DNA from: Lama glama
Taxonomy: Eukaryota
Direction: 5' to 3'
Assembly: GCA_028534125.1 (NCBI GenBank)
Contig: CM052816.1
Location: 66,032,001-66,096,000 of the forward strand
DNA length: 64,000 nucleotides
This document shows positions 1 to 12,720 of the stretch, piece after piece; positions within the stretch are counted from its first letter, which is position 1; each line of letters starts with the position of its first letter. The position numbers and the translations under genes were made by a program. The notes beneath the pieces are model-generated. The model ran no database searches and had not been told where the DNA came from. It worked only from the letters and a program-made list of their open reading frames with translations.

Positions 1-231
1 GGGATGCATTTCTCCTACAGGTAATATCTTGATGGCTTTATCTCCCCACTTAATGTGGTTCCGTGAGGTTTTAGGTAGAGTAGGGATACTATTTGGATTA
101 GAACTCTTTATGAGGATTAGTTAGTCTGTGGATCCTAATATCAGAACTCTCTCCATTTTTGGCTTCATTCCCATTTTCCATACCCTGGGGAACAGCACCA
201 ATGTCAGAATCCTCAAGCTCTATCTTTCCAG

Positions 232-305
232 TTTTTTTTTTTAATTGAAGTTTACTTGATTTACAATGTAGTGTTAGTTTCTGGTGTACAGCATAGTGAT
301 TCAGT

Positions 306-344
<39 letters not shown>

Positions 345-533
345 TCTTTTTCATATTCATTTTCATTATAGGCTATTACAAGGTATTGAATGGAGTTCTC
401 TGTCCTATACAGTAGGACTTTGTTGTTTATCTATTTTATATATAGTAGTTTGTATCTGCTAATCCCAGACTCCTGCTTTATCCCTCCCCAGCCTTTCCTC
501 TTTAGTAACGTTAAGTTTGTTTTCTATGACTGT
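232..533 (-). mobile_element. Young 5'-truncated L1 3' end (artiodactyl/camelid type) with an internal (TG)n
   Basis: Poly-T head followed by ttaattgaag...tctggtgtacagcatagtgattcagttat. Target-site duplication (TSD) TCTTTCCAG at 223-231 and 534-542. Confidence 0.85.
308..340. repeat. (TG)16 microsatellite
   Basis: Read directly from the sequence. Confidence 0.98.
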
Positions 534-2449
534 TCTTTCCAGGTTTTTTGTCCCACAGAAGATAAGAGCTTCTCTCTCTCGTAGCTCCCGTATAATCTGA
601 TAGCTCCCATACAATAAGACTGCAGACTCTACCCTCGACCAATCACAGTGGCCCCACCTAACAGTGAGGAAGTTTCCCAAAGTAAATCAGGATACTGTTT
701 TCTAAAGAAAGGAAAACTGAATGCTCGCATGCGTAATGACCAATTGCTTACTAGCAGCACTGTCCTATTTCTTGATGAGATAATAACTTCTCATTGCCTA
801 CTGACTCCATGACAGATCAATCACAGTTACCTAGTAAATTATGCAGTCTTCCTGTATGCCTGAACTCTAGGCCAGTTACATCTATTTATAGCTCAAAAGA
901 ATTGCCGAGGCAAAAGGGTCGGGGCCAAAAAACCACATTCCACCAATTATCAAATTAACCATCAGGAGGGCCCACCTTGATTCACAACTTAATTCTTCAT
1001 CCGTTCTTTCTCCAGCCCGTCCCCTTCAACAGTTTCCTCTGTCGTTGCCCTGACAACTAACTACCTCCCCCACAGATCGGTCCTCTCGAACTTGAAGGAA
1101 AACACTAGATGTTTTTTTCCCTCTTAGTTTCCTCTATAGTAACCAGCCAGTGCTTTGTACATGATACACAATTAAGTACTATTTGTGAAATGAATAAAGA
1201 ACGTTTGAGGAAAATTAAAAGCAATCACTCCTCATCAAGAATGAGTTGAGAACCCCTGGAATAGCCTATTCAACAGCTTAGACTGAATTCTGTTCAGTTT
1301 TAGTTTCTAGATTTTAAATAGGAATACTGATTAAAATAATTTCACACTTATTAACCTATTATTACCAGTCAGCCAACTATAAAAATAACTTGGAAAATTA
1401 GGGGGAAAAAACCTGAGTGTTACAAACAGTTCAGCATATTGTCTATGTAGTAAAGAAAATATTTTCTTCATTTTTTTTTCCTGGTAACTAAGGTAACACC
1501 AGGAGAACTCGAGAGCAGACTTGAAGTGGTATCAGAAGAAAGCAGTTAACACAGGTTTACTGACAGTTAGATGGCCAGAAATAATGAGAGGGTACAATAG
1601 AAATGTTCAGTTTTCTTGGCACACGTAACTACTTAATTATCTTATTTCTGAAAGAATTATAACTCCACTGTTATCTAAGTCTACCCTTTAGCCATTTAAT
1701 ATAGCGGTATCCCAGCATCCCTAGTAAAAAAAGGACTCAGTTACTATGATAAACTGGATCCTTTGTAAAAGAATACTGGAATACCAAGAAGTGTTTGTGT
1801 TGTCTTAGTTTATTTTCTGTTCCCTTCCATCTATATAAGAATTAGCACCTAAAAACACCACATTATGGGATTGTAAATAAAATGTTTCCATTGTAGTTTA
1901 ATAAGTATAAAAATAAAAAGCCACTTTTCCACTCTGTCATGCAAGAGAGTGAAATGCTGGGTCATTAGTTAACAGTAAACGTCATTCTTCGTTATTTTTT
2001 TAATGATTGCAAATTTGGTGGCAACATGCAAAGTGTAAGCAAAACTGACTTCAGAATGAGTATTTGGCTTTCATTGTTTGCTACTATTGCTCACTGACCC
2101 ATCTTTTCAGAGGCATCAGCTGTCTGATAATAATAGTACATTTTTACAAAAGCAGAAACTCTGGGAGACTTCATTGCTTTGCTCAACCTCTTGACCCCGT
2201 GGTGTTAGCAAAAAAAGAAATTGTTGTCTCAGGGATCCCGGGTCTCAGAGAAGTGCTAAGAGTACCCCTTATTCATTCCTGTGTTTCTACATTAAATTTC
2301 AAGGTTGAGGATAAAACCTAGCTTCTGAGATTTCCTCTTCAGGAAACTTTCGTATATACTGCCCAGGCTGCACCAGTCCTTTCTCTGAACCCTATGCCAT
2401 CTTAGGCATGGCTTAACTGCAGTTGGATTCTAGGTTACAAAGGTGTTTT

Positions 2450-3900
2450 CTCAACATTTTGCCAGCATCCTTTCATTGTTTTCTGACATTGGTGATATGC
2501 TGCTACCTATTCAAAACCTATTTTTCTTTGTAAAAACTTTATGAATTTCTCTTCATCCCTGATGTCTCTACATGTCATCATCAATTGTCTTGGTCTTGGT
2601 CTTGATCCATTGTCCTGGACACACACTGGATCTTTTCACTCCAGACATACAGGTCCTTTAATTCTAGATTTTTTTCTCTTATTAGTTCATCAATAATTTT
2701 ACCTTCTCCGTTTTCTTTGTTGTCTCTCCCTGGGATTCTTGTTAGTTGGATTCAGCATCCAACTCTTGAATGTTGGACCTCCTAGGTCAGATCCTTTAAC
2801 TTCTTCACTTTTTTCCTTCCTCTTTTTAATTTCTCTGGTGTTTTCTTGTCTCTTCTAGAAATTTTGTCAAATTTATCTTCCAACCTTTCTGTGAAAATTT
2901 TCATTTGGCCATTTTTTTTTCATTTTCAACACTCTATTATCCTCTGCTGTTGCCTTTTTAATAGCATCTATTCTTGTGTCAGGAATGCGTATTTTTCTCG
3001 AGGCACAAATGATGTTCCTTAGAGGTTTTCCTCTGTCTCTCTGTTTCCTGTAGATTTCTTTATTCAGTTGATGTAATCTACTTATGCTAGTCTCTCTTCT
3101 TCATTTTGGAGAATTTCCTCAAGAGGCTGTCCTTTCATCTCATACACACACACCAGCACACACAAAGACAACAAACAACAGTGATGACAACAGCAGACGC
3201 ACCATCAAAGTTCTGTGAATGTGGATGGGCTTGTCAGCTGTAGAGTTTCACTATAGCATGATGGGTTGTTCTGTTGGCTTATTCTTTGGGATTCTCCGGT
3301 GTCATTATGAGATTCTCCAATTCCTGGCTGGGAGACATGCACCTAAGGGCCTATACGTGACTGCTAATGTTTGGGGAACACAGCATATAAGGAAGGTGAG
3401 CATCTTACTGGGAACTCCTCAGTTAAGCATCTACCTTGCCTCGTTTTGCCTCATTTGCCACAGTGCCTGATGTCCTCGGTTTTACATCTCTCTAGCGTAT
3501 TTTCTCCAGAAAAGAAAGATGCCATCTCCAGCAGGAGAGGGAAGTAGTTAGTTGGGATCCAAAGTCTCCAGATAATTTTAATATACTTTCAGCCTCTCAC
3601 TAAACTCCTACCTTCCTTAGTGTGTGCTGCCTCTAAGCACTAAGTCTCTCTGGGTTGGGCAGGAGACGGTAGTTCACTTTCTCCTGGAATTTACTCTCTG
3701 TGATCATTTCCTCCATTGTGCTAAGACAGTTTCTACTTCGCATCCACTCTCTCATTTCTAAAAGTCAGCTGAAATTTCTCCTTTGATAATCTCTCCTCCC
3801 CCATTGTCTATGCCTTTGTGGATTTGTGTGTTTTTATTCTCTTACCTTCATTTTAGTGAGGTGTCTAAGAGAGAAAGAGAAGAGAAGCTTGAATAGTTTC
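2450..3900 (-). mobile_element. Old HAL1/L1 ORF1-type LINE remnant (boundaries approximate)
   Basis: T-rich decayed sequence with the motif gttggacctcct...atcctttaacttctt typical of antisense HAL1/L1 ORF1. Confidence 0.5.
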
Positions 3901-5094
3901 ACCATCGTTTGCTAGAAATCCAGGGGGACCATGGCTGGGGAGGAAGGTGGCTTGAAAGAGCACTTTATAATAGACAGAAAGTGATGCAACAAGTTGGATG
4001 GAAGATCAGCAAGATACTAGAAGGTGCTGCTGCGGCTGAGAGCTAACATTTATTAAGTGCTCATCATGCGCTTGGAGCTTTGCAAACAGTTCTTTACGTG
4101 GGACATTTATTTCTGTCCTTGTAAGAACACCAGGAAGTAGGCACCGAGGCACAGAGTTAAGTTAGTAAATGGTAGAGATTTAAATCCAAATCTGACTTCA
4201 GAGACTATCCTCTCAACCACCTCCTATATCTTGCCTCTTATAAATTGCTTAAACAGGGATTTTAAATGAAAATGTACATGAAAAAATATGTTTCATGTCC
4301 GTGATTTAGGAAGTCTTCTTTTCTGCCAGAATTACTAACTGGCCTATTTAATAATGTTTTAGGACTATAATATGCTTTCAGGTTTGAAAAGTGGTAAGAG
4401 AACCTTCTTCAGATAGATAGATACTGCTGGGAGGACTTCATGAGACCTAGGTACTCATCGTTTTACAAACCTGTAGACAGTCTGTTTGAATTCTGTCCTC
4501 TAACCATTTTGCAAAGTAAATGTACTCTTTATAACTATGTTTTAAATCATACCCAGAGAGATGGAGGTTGTGTCTGTGCAACACTGAACATCTGGAAGAG
4601 AAAAGTCTCCAGCCAAAGCTTGTTAAAAGAGATTCATAAGCAAAGTATGCTTTTGAATTATGAAAACAGATTCATGTCCAACATCTTGAAGAACTCTCAC
4701 ATGTATGTTTATGTTTCAAACATGGCTTAGAGATCATTAAGATTAGAAGTCAATTAAGTGTGCTCTGTTGTCTTTGCCATCAATTTCAATTAAACCAGAC
4801 TTGCTTGGCAGTTTTCGTGAGAAAAACCTTCAGTTCTTTCCCTCACTAATGTTTTGCAATTTTGACTTCGTGTGTGTTATTTTTTCCCCCATGAGTGAAT
4901 ATTGAGGAGACTCTTTATGTTAAAACTCTAAATTATTCACCAGGTGCTCTTCATCAGCATTTATATGGATGAAATAGAAGTAAAAGTTTCCACAAATTAA
5001 TCTTTTTAGACTGTGTAAAATTTTTGTGAACTTCCAAGAAGCCACAAGTGCTCAAGTTTTTGTCTTTTATTTTTTGGAGTTTTTTTGTTTGTTT

Positions 5095-6650
5095 GTTCGT
5101 TTTTTAAATAGACTGTGTTTTTCAGAGCAGTTTTAGGCTCACAGAAGGCACAGAGATTTCCCATGTCCCCACTGCCCCACACATGTATAGCCTCCCCCAT
5201 CATCAACCCATCTCTATCAGAGTAGTACATTGTTACAACTGATGAACCTACATTGACACATCGTCACCCAAAGTCTAGTTTCCATTAGGGCTCACTCTTG
5301 GGTTTGGATAACTGTATAATGACATGTGTCCACCATGATAGTATTATATTCAGTATTTTCACTTCCCTGAAAGTCCTCTGTGCTCTACCTGTTATGCCTT
5401 CCTTCCCTCCCCTCACCCACTGGCAACCACTGATCTTTTCACTGTCTCCAGAGTCTTGACTTTTCCTGGATGTCATATGATTGGAATTACACAGCAAGTA
5501 ACCTTTTCAGTTTGGCTTCTTTCATTTAGTAATATACATTTAAGAGTCCTCCATGTCTTTTCATGGCTTGATTGCTCATTTCTTTTTAGCACTGAATAAT
5601 ATTCCATTGTCTGGATATACCACAGTTTATCCATTCACTCACTGAAAGACGATTTAGTGCTTCCAATTTTGGGCAATTATGAATAAGGCTGCTATAAACA
5701 TGCATGTGTAGGTTTTTGTGGGAACGTAAGTTTTCAACTTTTGGGGGAGGGTAACCACCAAGTACGGCTATTGCTGGATCATATGGTAAAAGTATGTTTA
5801 GTTTTGTAAGAAACTACCACACTGTCTTCCCAAGTGGTGGGACCACTTTGCATTTCCCCCAGCAATGAATTAGAGTTCCTGTTGCTTCTCCACCTCCTCG
5901 CCAGCATTTCGTGTTATCACTGTTACAGATTTTGGCTATTCTAATAGGTGTGTAATGGTATCTCCTTGTTTTAGTTTGCATTTCTATGATAACATATGCA
6001 GAGCAGCTTTTCATATGCTTATGAAATGTGCCCCTTAAGAAATGCACCAATTTTTTAATCAAGTTGCTTGTTTCCCTCCTGTGGAGTTTTAAAATTTCTC
6101 TGTGTATTTTGAATAACAGCTCTTTATCAGATAGGTCATTTGCAAATATTTTCTCCCCAGTCTGTGGCTTATCTTCTCATTCTCTTAACATTGTCTTTCA
6201 TAGAACAGAAATTTTAAATATTAATGAAGTCTAGCTTATCAATTATTTCTCTCATGGATTATGCCTTTAGTATTGTATCTAAAAAGTCATGGCCAAACCT
6301 GAGGTCATGATTTTCTCCTATGTTCTGTTCTAGGAGTTTTATAGCTTGTTTTACATTTAAGTCTATTATCCATTTTGAGTTAATTTGTGTGAAGGGTATA
6401 AGGCCTATATCTAGGTGATTATTATTATTATTATTTTTGCATGTGTTGTCCAATTGTTCTAGCACCATTTGTTGAAAGAACATCTTTCCTCCATTGCATT
6501 GTCTTTGTCAAAAGTCATGCTTCTTTGTTAAAGATCAATTGGCTATGTTTATGTGGGTCTATTTGGGGGCTTTCTCTTCTGTTCCATCGATCTATTTGTC
6601 TGTTTCTTCTCCAGTACCACACTGCCTTGATTATCATAGCTTCATATTAT
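5095..6650 (-). mobile_element. L1MC-type LINE-1: 3' UTR plus C-terminal ORF2 remnant
   Basis: L1MC1/2-like 3' end (gagcagttttagg...gatgaacctacattgacacatc). ORF2-like fragments RYHYTPIRIAKI...TKCWR and INSKWIIDLNVK...IKLLEQNIGE appear in the ORF track. Confidence 0.88.
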
Positions 6651-6659
6651 CTTTGTAAA

Positions 6660-6765
6660 TCTTTGTTTTTATTTGTTTAAAATAATTTTTAATGGAGGTA
6701 CTGGGGATTGAACCTAGGACCTTGTGCATGCTAAGCATACATTCTACCACTAAGCTATATCCACC
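6660..6765 (-). mobile_element. tRNA-Ala(AGC)-derived SINE (camelid Vic-1 type)
   Basis: Reverse complement GGATATAGCTTAGTGGTAGAATGTATGCTTAGCATGCACAAGGTCCTAGGTTCAATCCCCAGTACCTCCA plus an A-rich tail. A box and B box present. Confidence 0.85.
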
Positions 6766-6769
6766 ATGA

Positions 6770-7560
6770 TTTAAATTTTTAAATCATGAAATATACCAAA
6801 CATTTATAGAAGTACATAGAACATAAGTATGAAGTTTAACCAGTAGTTTTAAAGTAAACATCTATTTAAATCATCCCTCTGAAGCACCATATTTCTTTCT
6901 GTTTCTAACTCTCTAAAGACATAAGCACTGTCCCATCTTTCTCTTTTCCTGCTTTTCTTTATGGTATGGTTTACCACTTACGTATATACATCAAAACAAA
7001 GGAGTTCAAGTTAGTTGGTTTTTGAATTTTTTTGTACATGGACTCATCTTGTGGCTACTTTTATGTTTTGTTTCTTTTATACAATATTCTACTTGTGAGA
7101 TTTATCAATTTTGTGTGTAGGTGAGGGACTTACATTTGTATGACTATACAGTGTTTTGTTGTCTAAAGCAAAAATTTACTTGTCCAGTCTTCTCTTGTTA
7201 GAAAGTTGGGTCATTTCCAGTTTGAAAACAGCATGAATAAAGATATTATGACTATTCATTTACATGTATCTTAGTGCTGATAAGCATGCATTTCTGTGGG
7301 GGAACACACCGAGGGATGGAATCCTGGGTCATGCATGTCTTTAACCTTCCTAAATAAGAGAAATAAATGTATTTAATAAAATGCATGAAAAGCGTATGAG
7401 AATTGCTGTACCTCCACATCCTAGCCAAACACACATGCTGTTATCAGACTGTTTAAGTTTTTTCAAATATGGAGGCTCTATAGTGGGATCATTGTATTTT
7501 CCTGATTACTAATGAGAGTGAGCATGTTTTCATATGTTTCGTAGATATTTGAATTTTCTT
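6770..7560 (-). mobile_element. Old L1M(E)-type 3' fragment
   Basis: Decayed L1 motifs (ctccacatcctagccaaacac; cctgattactaatgagagtgagcatgtttttcatatg). Confidence 0.65.
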
Positions 7561-8754
7561 TTTGTTGTTGTGATGTTCCTTCAGGAAAAGTATTTTCTAA
7601 AAGGCATTTTCAAGCACCTTTTAGGGAACCAAAGGCCACATAAACTATTTGCCACAACGTATCAATGAGAAAGGCTGACAATACTCTGGAACACTCAGTG
7701 AAGGAACCTTCCAAGAATCTATAGAGTATAAAATACAAACATTAATTTGGATTCAGTATTGTTGTTATTTCCTATTCTAGAACATTTTGCATCCCTACCC
7801 AATATTTTTATAATTTGGGACTGCCTTTGAGTTTTTTCCCTTGTTATTGATCTTATGTATAAAGAGATGGTGGTAGAGGTTCTCAGACCAGTATGTCTGT
7901 ATGGTTTATCTTGTAAAGAGTTACAAGAACTTTACATTGTCTTACCAATCTTCAGAGCATCCTTTAGAGATGGAGAGCTGACCAGTGCATCAACATGCTC
8001 CTTATCACTGGAGGAGACACATCTCCCCAGAGGGAGATGGTCGCTTCTTTATTGACAGGGACCCACAGTGGCACAGAACTCAGGTTTTCTAACTCCTAGG
8101 TTAATGCCAACTGCACCAGACATGGTGTCAATGGTTCTATGCATAAAACATGAGTGGTGTTCATCCGCTGATTGCTAATACCAACTAGCTGGAACGTGAA
8201 TTTTTTAAAAAGGAAGATATAGGATAAAACTGTATATGATTTTACAGATGTCTCTGACAACTTTTACAAAATCCCTTTAACGCTGCTTATCCTGTAAGTA
8301 ATTGTTAATGCTCCTAAGCTGATCAAGAAAATAATTTCTATTACTCTATAAATTGCCAGGCTTCCTACCTTCTTGCTTCACACTCTCCTTCCATCCAATC
8401 TCTCCCTTACCTTTAGCAAGAAAACATGTAGCTTAACCTGGGTGGTGAGAGCCTGAACGTTCTGTTCTGATGTCTCACCTCCTCTCTGCCTTCGCGTGGA
8501 CTTTCTGGAAAACTCCCCTTTCCAGACTCTTTAAAATGATTTTAATGCACTATAAAAAAATCCTTGAATTTATAACACTTTTATGTTTATAAAAGACAAC
8601 ATAAAGGCTTCTCCTCACAGGCTGTAAGGGGTGCAAGGGCAATGAAACTCAAATGATAAAATTACATCTGTCAGTATACTTCACTCTTATTTATATGGTG
8701 AATTCAAGATTAAAAACCTGATTTTGTAACAACCAGTCCAGGACTCCTTTTATA

Positions 8755-8975
8755 GGCAGCAGAGTACAATTACAAAAAGTGCAGATTGTCTGGGTTTGAA
8801 TTCCAGCTCCACGCTAACTAGCTGAGTTACTCTGGACAAATTACTAAGGCTCTTTATGCTTCGGTTTCTCCAGCAATAAAATGGGTTTACTACGAGTTGT
8901 GAGGATTCAGTGAATTAATACGTATAAAAATGCTGAAAACTGAGCTTCTCCAATATAAATGCTCAATAAATTTAA
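8755..8975 (+). mobile_element. MIR SINE
   Basis: ctgggtttgaattccagctccac...ggacaaattact...cttcggtttctc...gttgtgaggatt...gctcaataaa. Confidence 0.8.
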
Positions 8976-9149
8976 GCTGTGTTGTGATCTTTTCTTATAA
9001 TTTACTATTAAAGAGCAATAACATGTTACCAAAAGTAATAAGAGGTAGAGTTGGCAGAACTAAAAGTGACTTTGTAGTTATACCTATCAGCCTAGATTAA
9101 TTGCTTTGATTTCTTCATCTATGAGTATAGAAATAATTAATACATGAAA

Positions 9150-9190
9150 AACCATCCCTAAACATTGTACAACCATCCCTAAACATTGTA
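9150..9190. repeat. 21-bp-period tandem duplication
   Basis: AACCATCCCTAAACATTGTA(C) x2. Confidence 0.93.
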
Positions 9191-10303
9191 AACATATATA
9201 TATTTGACTAAGTCTCAATACAAATTAGTCTATTTATCTCGATGAAATAAGTATCAGCCACAGAGCCAAGCTGATAACCTGGAAGCATGCACAGCATTCT
9301 GTTTCTTTTCTAAACTTGTAATTCCATCTTCCAACCCACTTAGTCCATTTATGCCAGAAAACCTTAAGTTGCCACAATTTCTTGAAGTGTAACACCTGGG
9401 GTTTCCATGCAACAGGATCCTCTGATACAAGTATACATTAATAAGCATCCCCAAAAGGCAAAATAAAGCTATTCCACACATTGAACATTTGCGATGGTCT
9501 AAGAAACATGAGGTGCAGAGAAGACATTGTGAGTCCCTGCTATTCTTTGGAAGCAAAGACCTACACAACTCAATGATTAGAGAAAAAAAAAAAGATGCTC
9601 TGCAGGGGCCAGGATGATGTCTAATTCATCTTTGTATTCCCTAAAACTAACAGATGAATGATTATTAATGAATGTGTAAGTGAATTAATTGCAGTAGAAA
9701 AATGAAAGATAAATACAGATGGAGGTCACTGATCCATTTAACACACATGTATTGAATGCTTTGTAACTGTATTAGGCTTGGAGGCTAGAAAGTGGATTAA
9801 GACAGTCCCAAACTGTAAGGACCCAGCAGCCAAGAGCATTAAACAGAAAGATAAATGGTCAGCTACACTACAGCCTGCCGTGTGTGCACACATACCATTC
9901 CAAGACTGCAGAAGACAAGAGAAGAAAATCGGAGGCTATGCCAGAGAAGAAAATCCCTGAGCTGGGGTTTTGAGGATGAGAAATGAGCTAAACCAGGAAA
10001 GATGCATATGGTTAGGGGTCAGTAGGTCAAGCAAATATTGCAGCATGAAAGGTACAAGAGAGCTCCAAACCATTCCAGTATGTGGCACAGTGGGTGACAG
10101 AGAAGGGGTGAGAGAGATGATTAAAGAGAAGCAGCATACCATGACCTGCTAAGAAGTCTTGAATGTCATGCTTGGATTTCTCTTATTCAGAAATGCACTG
10201 GGGTGATTGTATTGAAGGGAATAAGTATTAGCCTAAAGTTTTATCATCTTCTTGAATTTTGACACAATTTAGAGTTGTCTGTTTAAAGGGGGTTCCTGTA
10301 AGG

Positions 10304-10803
10304 NNNNNNNNNNNNNNNNNNNNNNNNNNNNNNNNNNNNNNNNNNNNNNNNNNNNNNNNNNNNNNNNNNNNNNNNNNNNNNNNNNNNNNNNNNNNNNNNN
10401 NNNNNNNNNNNNNNNNNNNNNNNNNNNNNNNNNNNNNNNNNNNNNNNNNNNNNNNNNNNNNNNNNNNNNNNNNNNNNNNNNNNNNNNNNNNNNNNNNNNN
10501 NNNNNNNNNNNNNNNNNNNNNNNNNNNNNNNNNNNNNNNNNNNNNNNNNNNNNNNNNNNNNNNNNNNNNNNNNNNNNNNNNNNNNNNNNNNNNNNNNNNN
10601 NNNNNNNNNNNNNNNNNNNNNNNNNNNNNNNNNNNNNNNNNNNNNNNNNNNNNNNNNNNNNNNNNNNNNNNNNNNNNNNNNNNNNNNNNNNNNNNNNNNN
10701 NNNNNNNNNNNNNNNNNNNNNNNNNNNNNNNNNNNNNNNNNNNNNNNNNNNNNNNNNNNNNNNNNNNNNNNNNNNNNNNNNNNNNNNNNNNNNNNNNNNN
10801 NNN
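10304..10803. other. Assembly gap (500 N)
   Basis: Run of N. Confidence 1.
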
Positions 10804-11499
10804 TTTATACACACAACACTATTTTTAGCTATCTCTGAATATTATGTTCTGTGTCATTCTACCATCCCAACCCTCACATATATTTTTACATTTATGGATA
10901 CTTTATTTTAATGAACAGAAATGTTAAACTGTCTACCTAGCCTATATATAAATATACTAAAATATATAGATATATTTTATGAATCTTTAGCAAGTCTTTT
11001 CCTACCGCAATATATATACCTGTGTTTTATTTTACTCCTTTATGGATTTACATTACATGTTTAAATCTTTAATAATTATGGAATATATTTTATCGTAGGA
11101 TCGGGGCTCTGATATTCCTTATCTAGGTTTCCTAGATTTTCGGAGCACTGTTGAATAATCCATAGTTTCCTTATTGGCTTGAGATGTCACTTCTACATTT
11201 TACTAACTTTAAGGATTGTTTAAATCTTTATAGCCACTTCCATACAAAAAGCACCATGGTGTAATTAGTATGTGTAAAAATTACATTTTAATATCTGGGA
11301 GAACATGAGTCCTTGTAATCTTATTTTTCAGAACTGTCTTGCTTATTCTCACTTGGTTTTGCTAATTTATAAATACTACTTTAAAAATTAAAGAAATTAA
11401 TTTTATAATCAATTTGTGAAGTCCTCCCCAAAATCCCATTAGATTTTTATTGAAATTGCATTAAGTTGCTAATTAAGCAGTTTACAAGTGACGCATAAC

Positions 11500-12720
11500 T
11501 ACATACGACAACCATCTAAGAAAGTCCTAGCTCTCAAATTATAAATATTCATAGTCAACAGAGGATCACCAGATTTTTGAGGAAAACCAACAGCAGGAAC
11601 AAAACGAAACTAATGAATGAACAAAACAAATGTATTTTTCTAAAGAAAATGTGTCTTCTGTTTCCAGAAGAAACAGAGATGATAAAAAGCATAGAGGGAA
11701 AAAAAAAACCCTTGAAATATTAACTTTTCAGAGAGATTAGAGGAAGAGTACGTTCATTAAGTATCATCAGGTTTCTGTGAAATAGGAGCAGGATGCTGAA
11801 AAAAAAATAGGAAGATTGGGTAAAAGACTGAACTGAATTTGCCTGAATTAGTCAAACAAATCTCACAGAATGTAGAGCAAAAAGAGAAGGATATAAAATG
11901 TGATGGAAAAGAGATATGAAGACTGCAATGGGAGTAGGGAGGTGAGAAGAAACAGGGGAAAATAATCAAGAAATAAACACCTTGACTTGAAGAGTGATTC
12001 AAGTCCTCAGACTGAAAGGTTCATCCAGTGCCCAACAGGGGAAAAATACAAACTGAGATGCGTGCTGATGAAATTTGGAATTCCAAGGATAAGACATAGA
12101 TCCTCAGAGCTTCTGGGGAACAACAAAGGATCTTTCAAAGGTATCAGACTTCTCATCAGCAAAGCTGGCCGCTGGGACAGACAAGGCAATGTTTCAAAGG
12201 GCTGAGGAAGGTTAATTAGAACCCAAATTGATAGCCGAACTGTTAGGACAGACTGAAGACACATTTAAACATACACGGGCTGAGAGGGAGAGAACAGCTC
12301 AGCACGCACGAGGTCCTGGGTTCAATCCCCAGTCCCTCCATTAAAAACAAACAAATAAATAAACCTAACTACCACTCCCAAAACAAAAAACAAACTGAAA
12401 AACCAAAAACTAAACATATACAGGAACAAGTTTATCTCCTACAGATCCTTCCTAATGAAAAAAAAAATATTGCTTGAAGATACATTTTAGCAAAACAAAA
12501 CAACAAGAATCCTATACAGATCACCCAGGATATGCAAGGAGTATTGGAACCAACCTAGGTGTCTTATGAAAGTTAATCCCAGGAGACAACAGTGAAGGAG
12601 GCCTAGAAAGCAGACAGTCTAAATTAGAAAGAGTTGTCACAGGGTTCCAAGAAAAATGTCTTCAAGAGGAAAGTAGGTACCATAAGTCAAACTGCATGAT
12701 TAAGAACCTTTTAACATTTT
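11500..12720 (+). mobile_element. HAL1 (half-L1) / L1 ORF1-like remnant
   Basis: A-rich ORF1-like sequence (cagactgaaagg; atcagacttctcatcagcaa) and a HAL1-like 3' part (ggcctagaaagcagacagtctaaattag). Confidence 0.6.
12280..12410 (+). mobile_element. Vic-1-type SINE with an internal deletion
   Basis: cagctcagcacgcacgaggtcctgggttcaatccccagtccctccatt followed by the tail aaataaataaacctaactacc. Imperfect TSD taaacata(c/t)ac on both sides. Confidence 0.8.

Noticed and set aside
882..891. Perfect MEF2 sites (also 10819-10828 and 40284-40293)
   Set aside because: AT-rich motifs are expected by chance. The sites are isolated, and some lie in repeat-derived sequence.
6693..6762. Functional tRNA-Ala gene
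   Set aside because: The degraded 5' acceptor stem, stem mismatches, A-rich tail and a second related copy at 12.3 kb indicate a SINE.
10228..10828. Long ORFs of 181-194 aa
   Set aside because: Artefacts of the 500-N gap.
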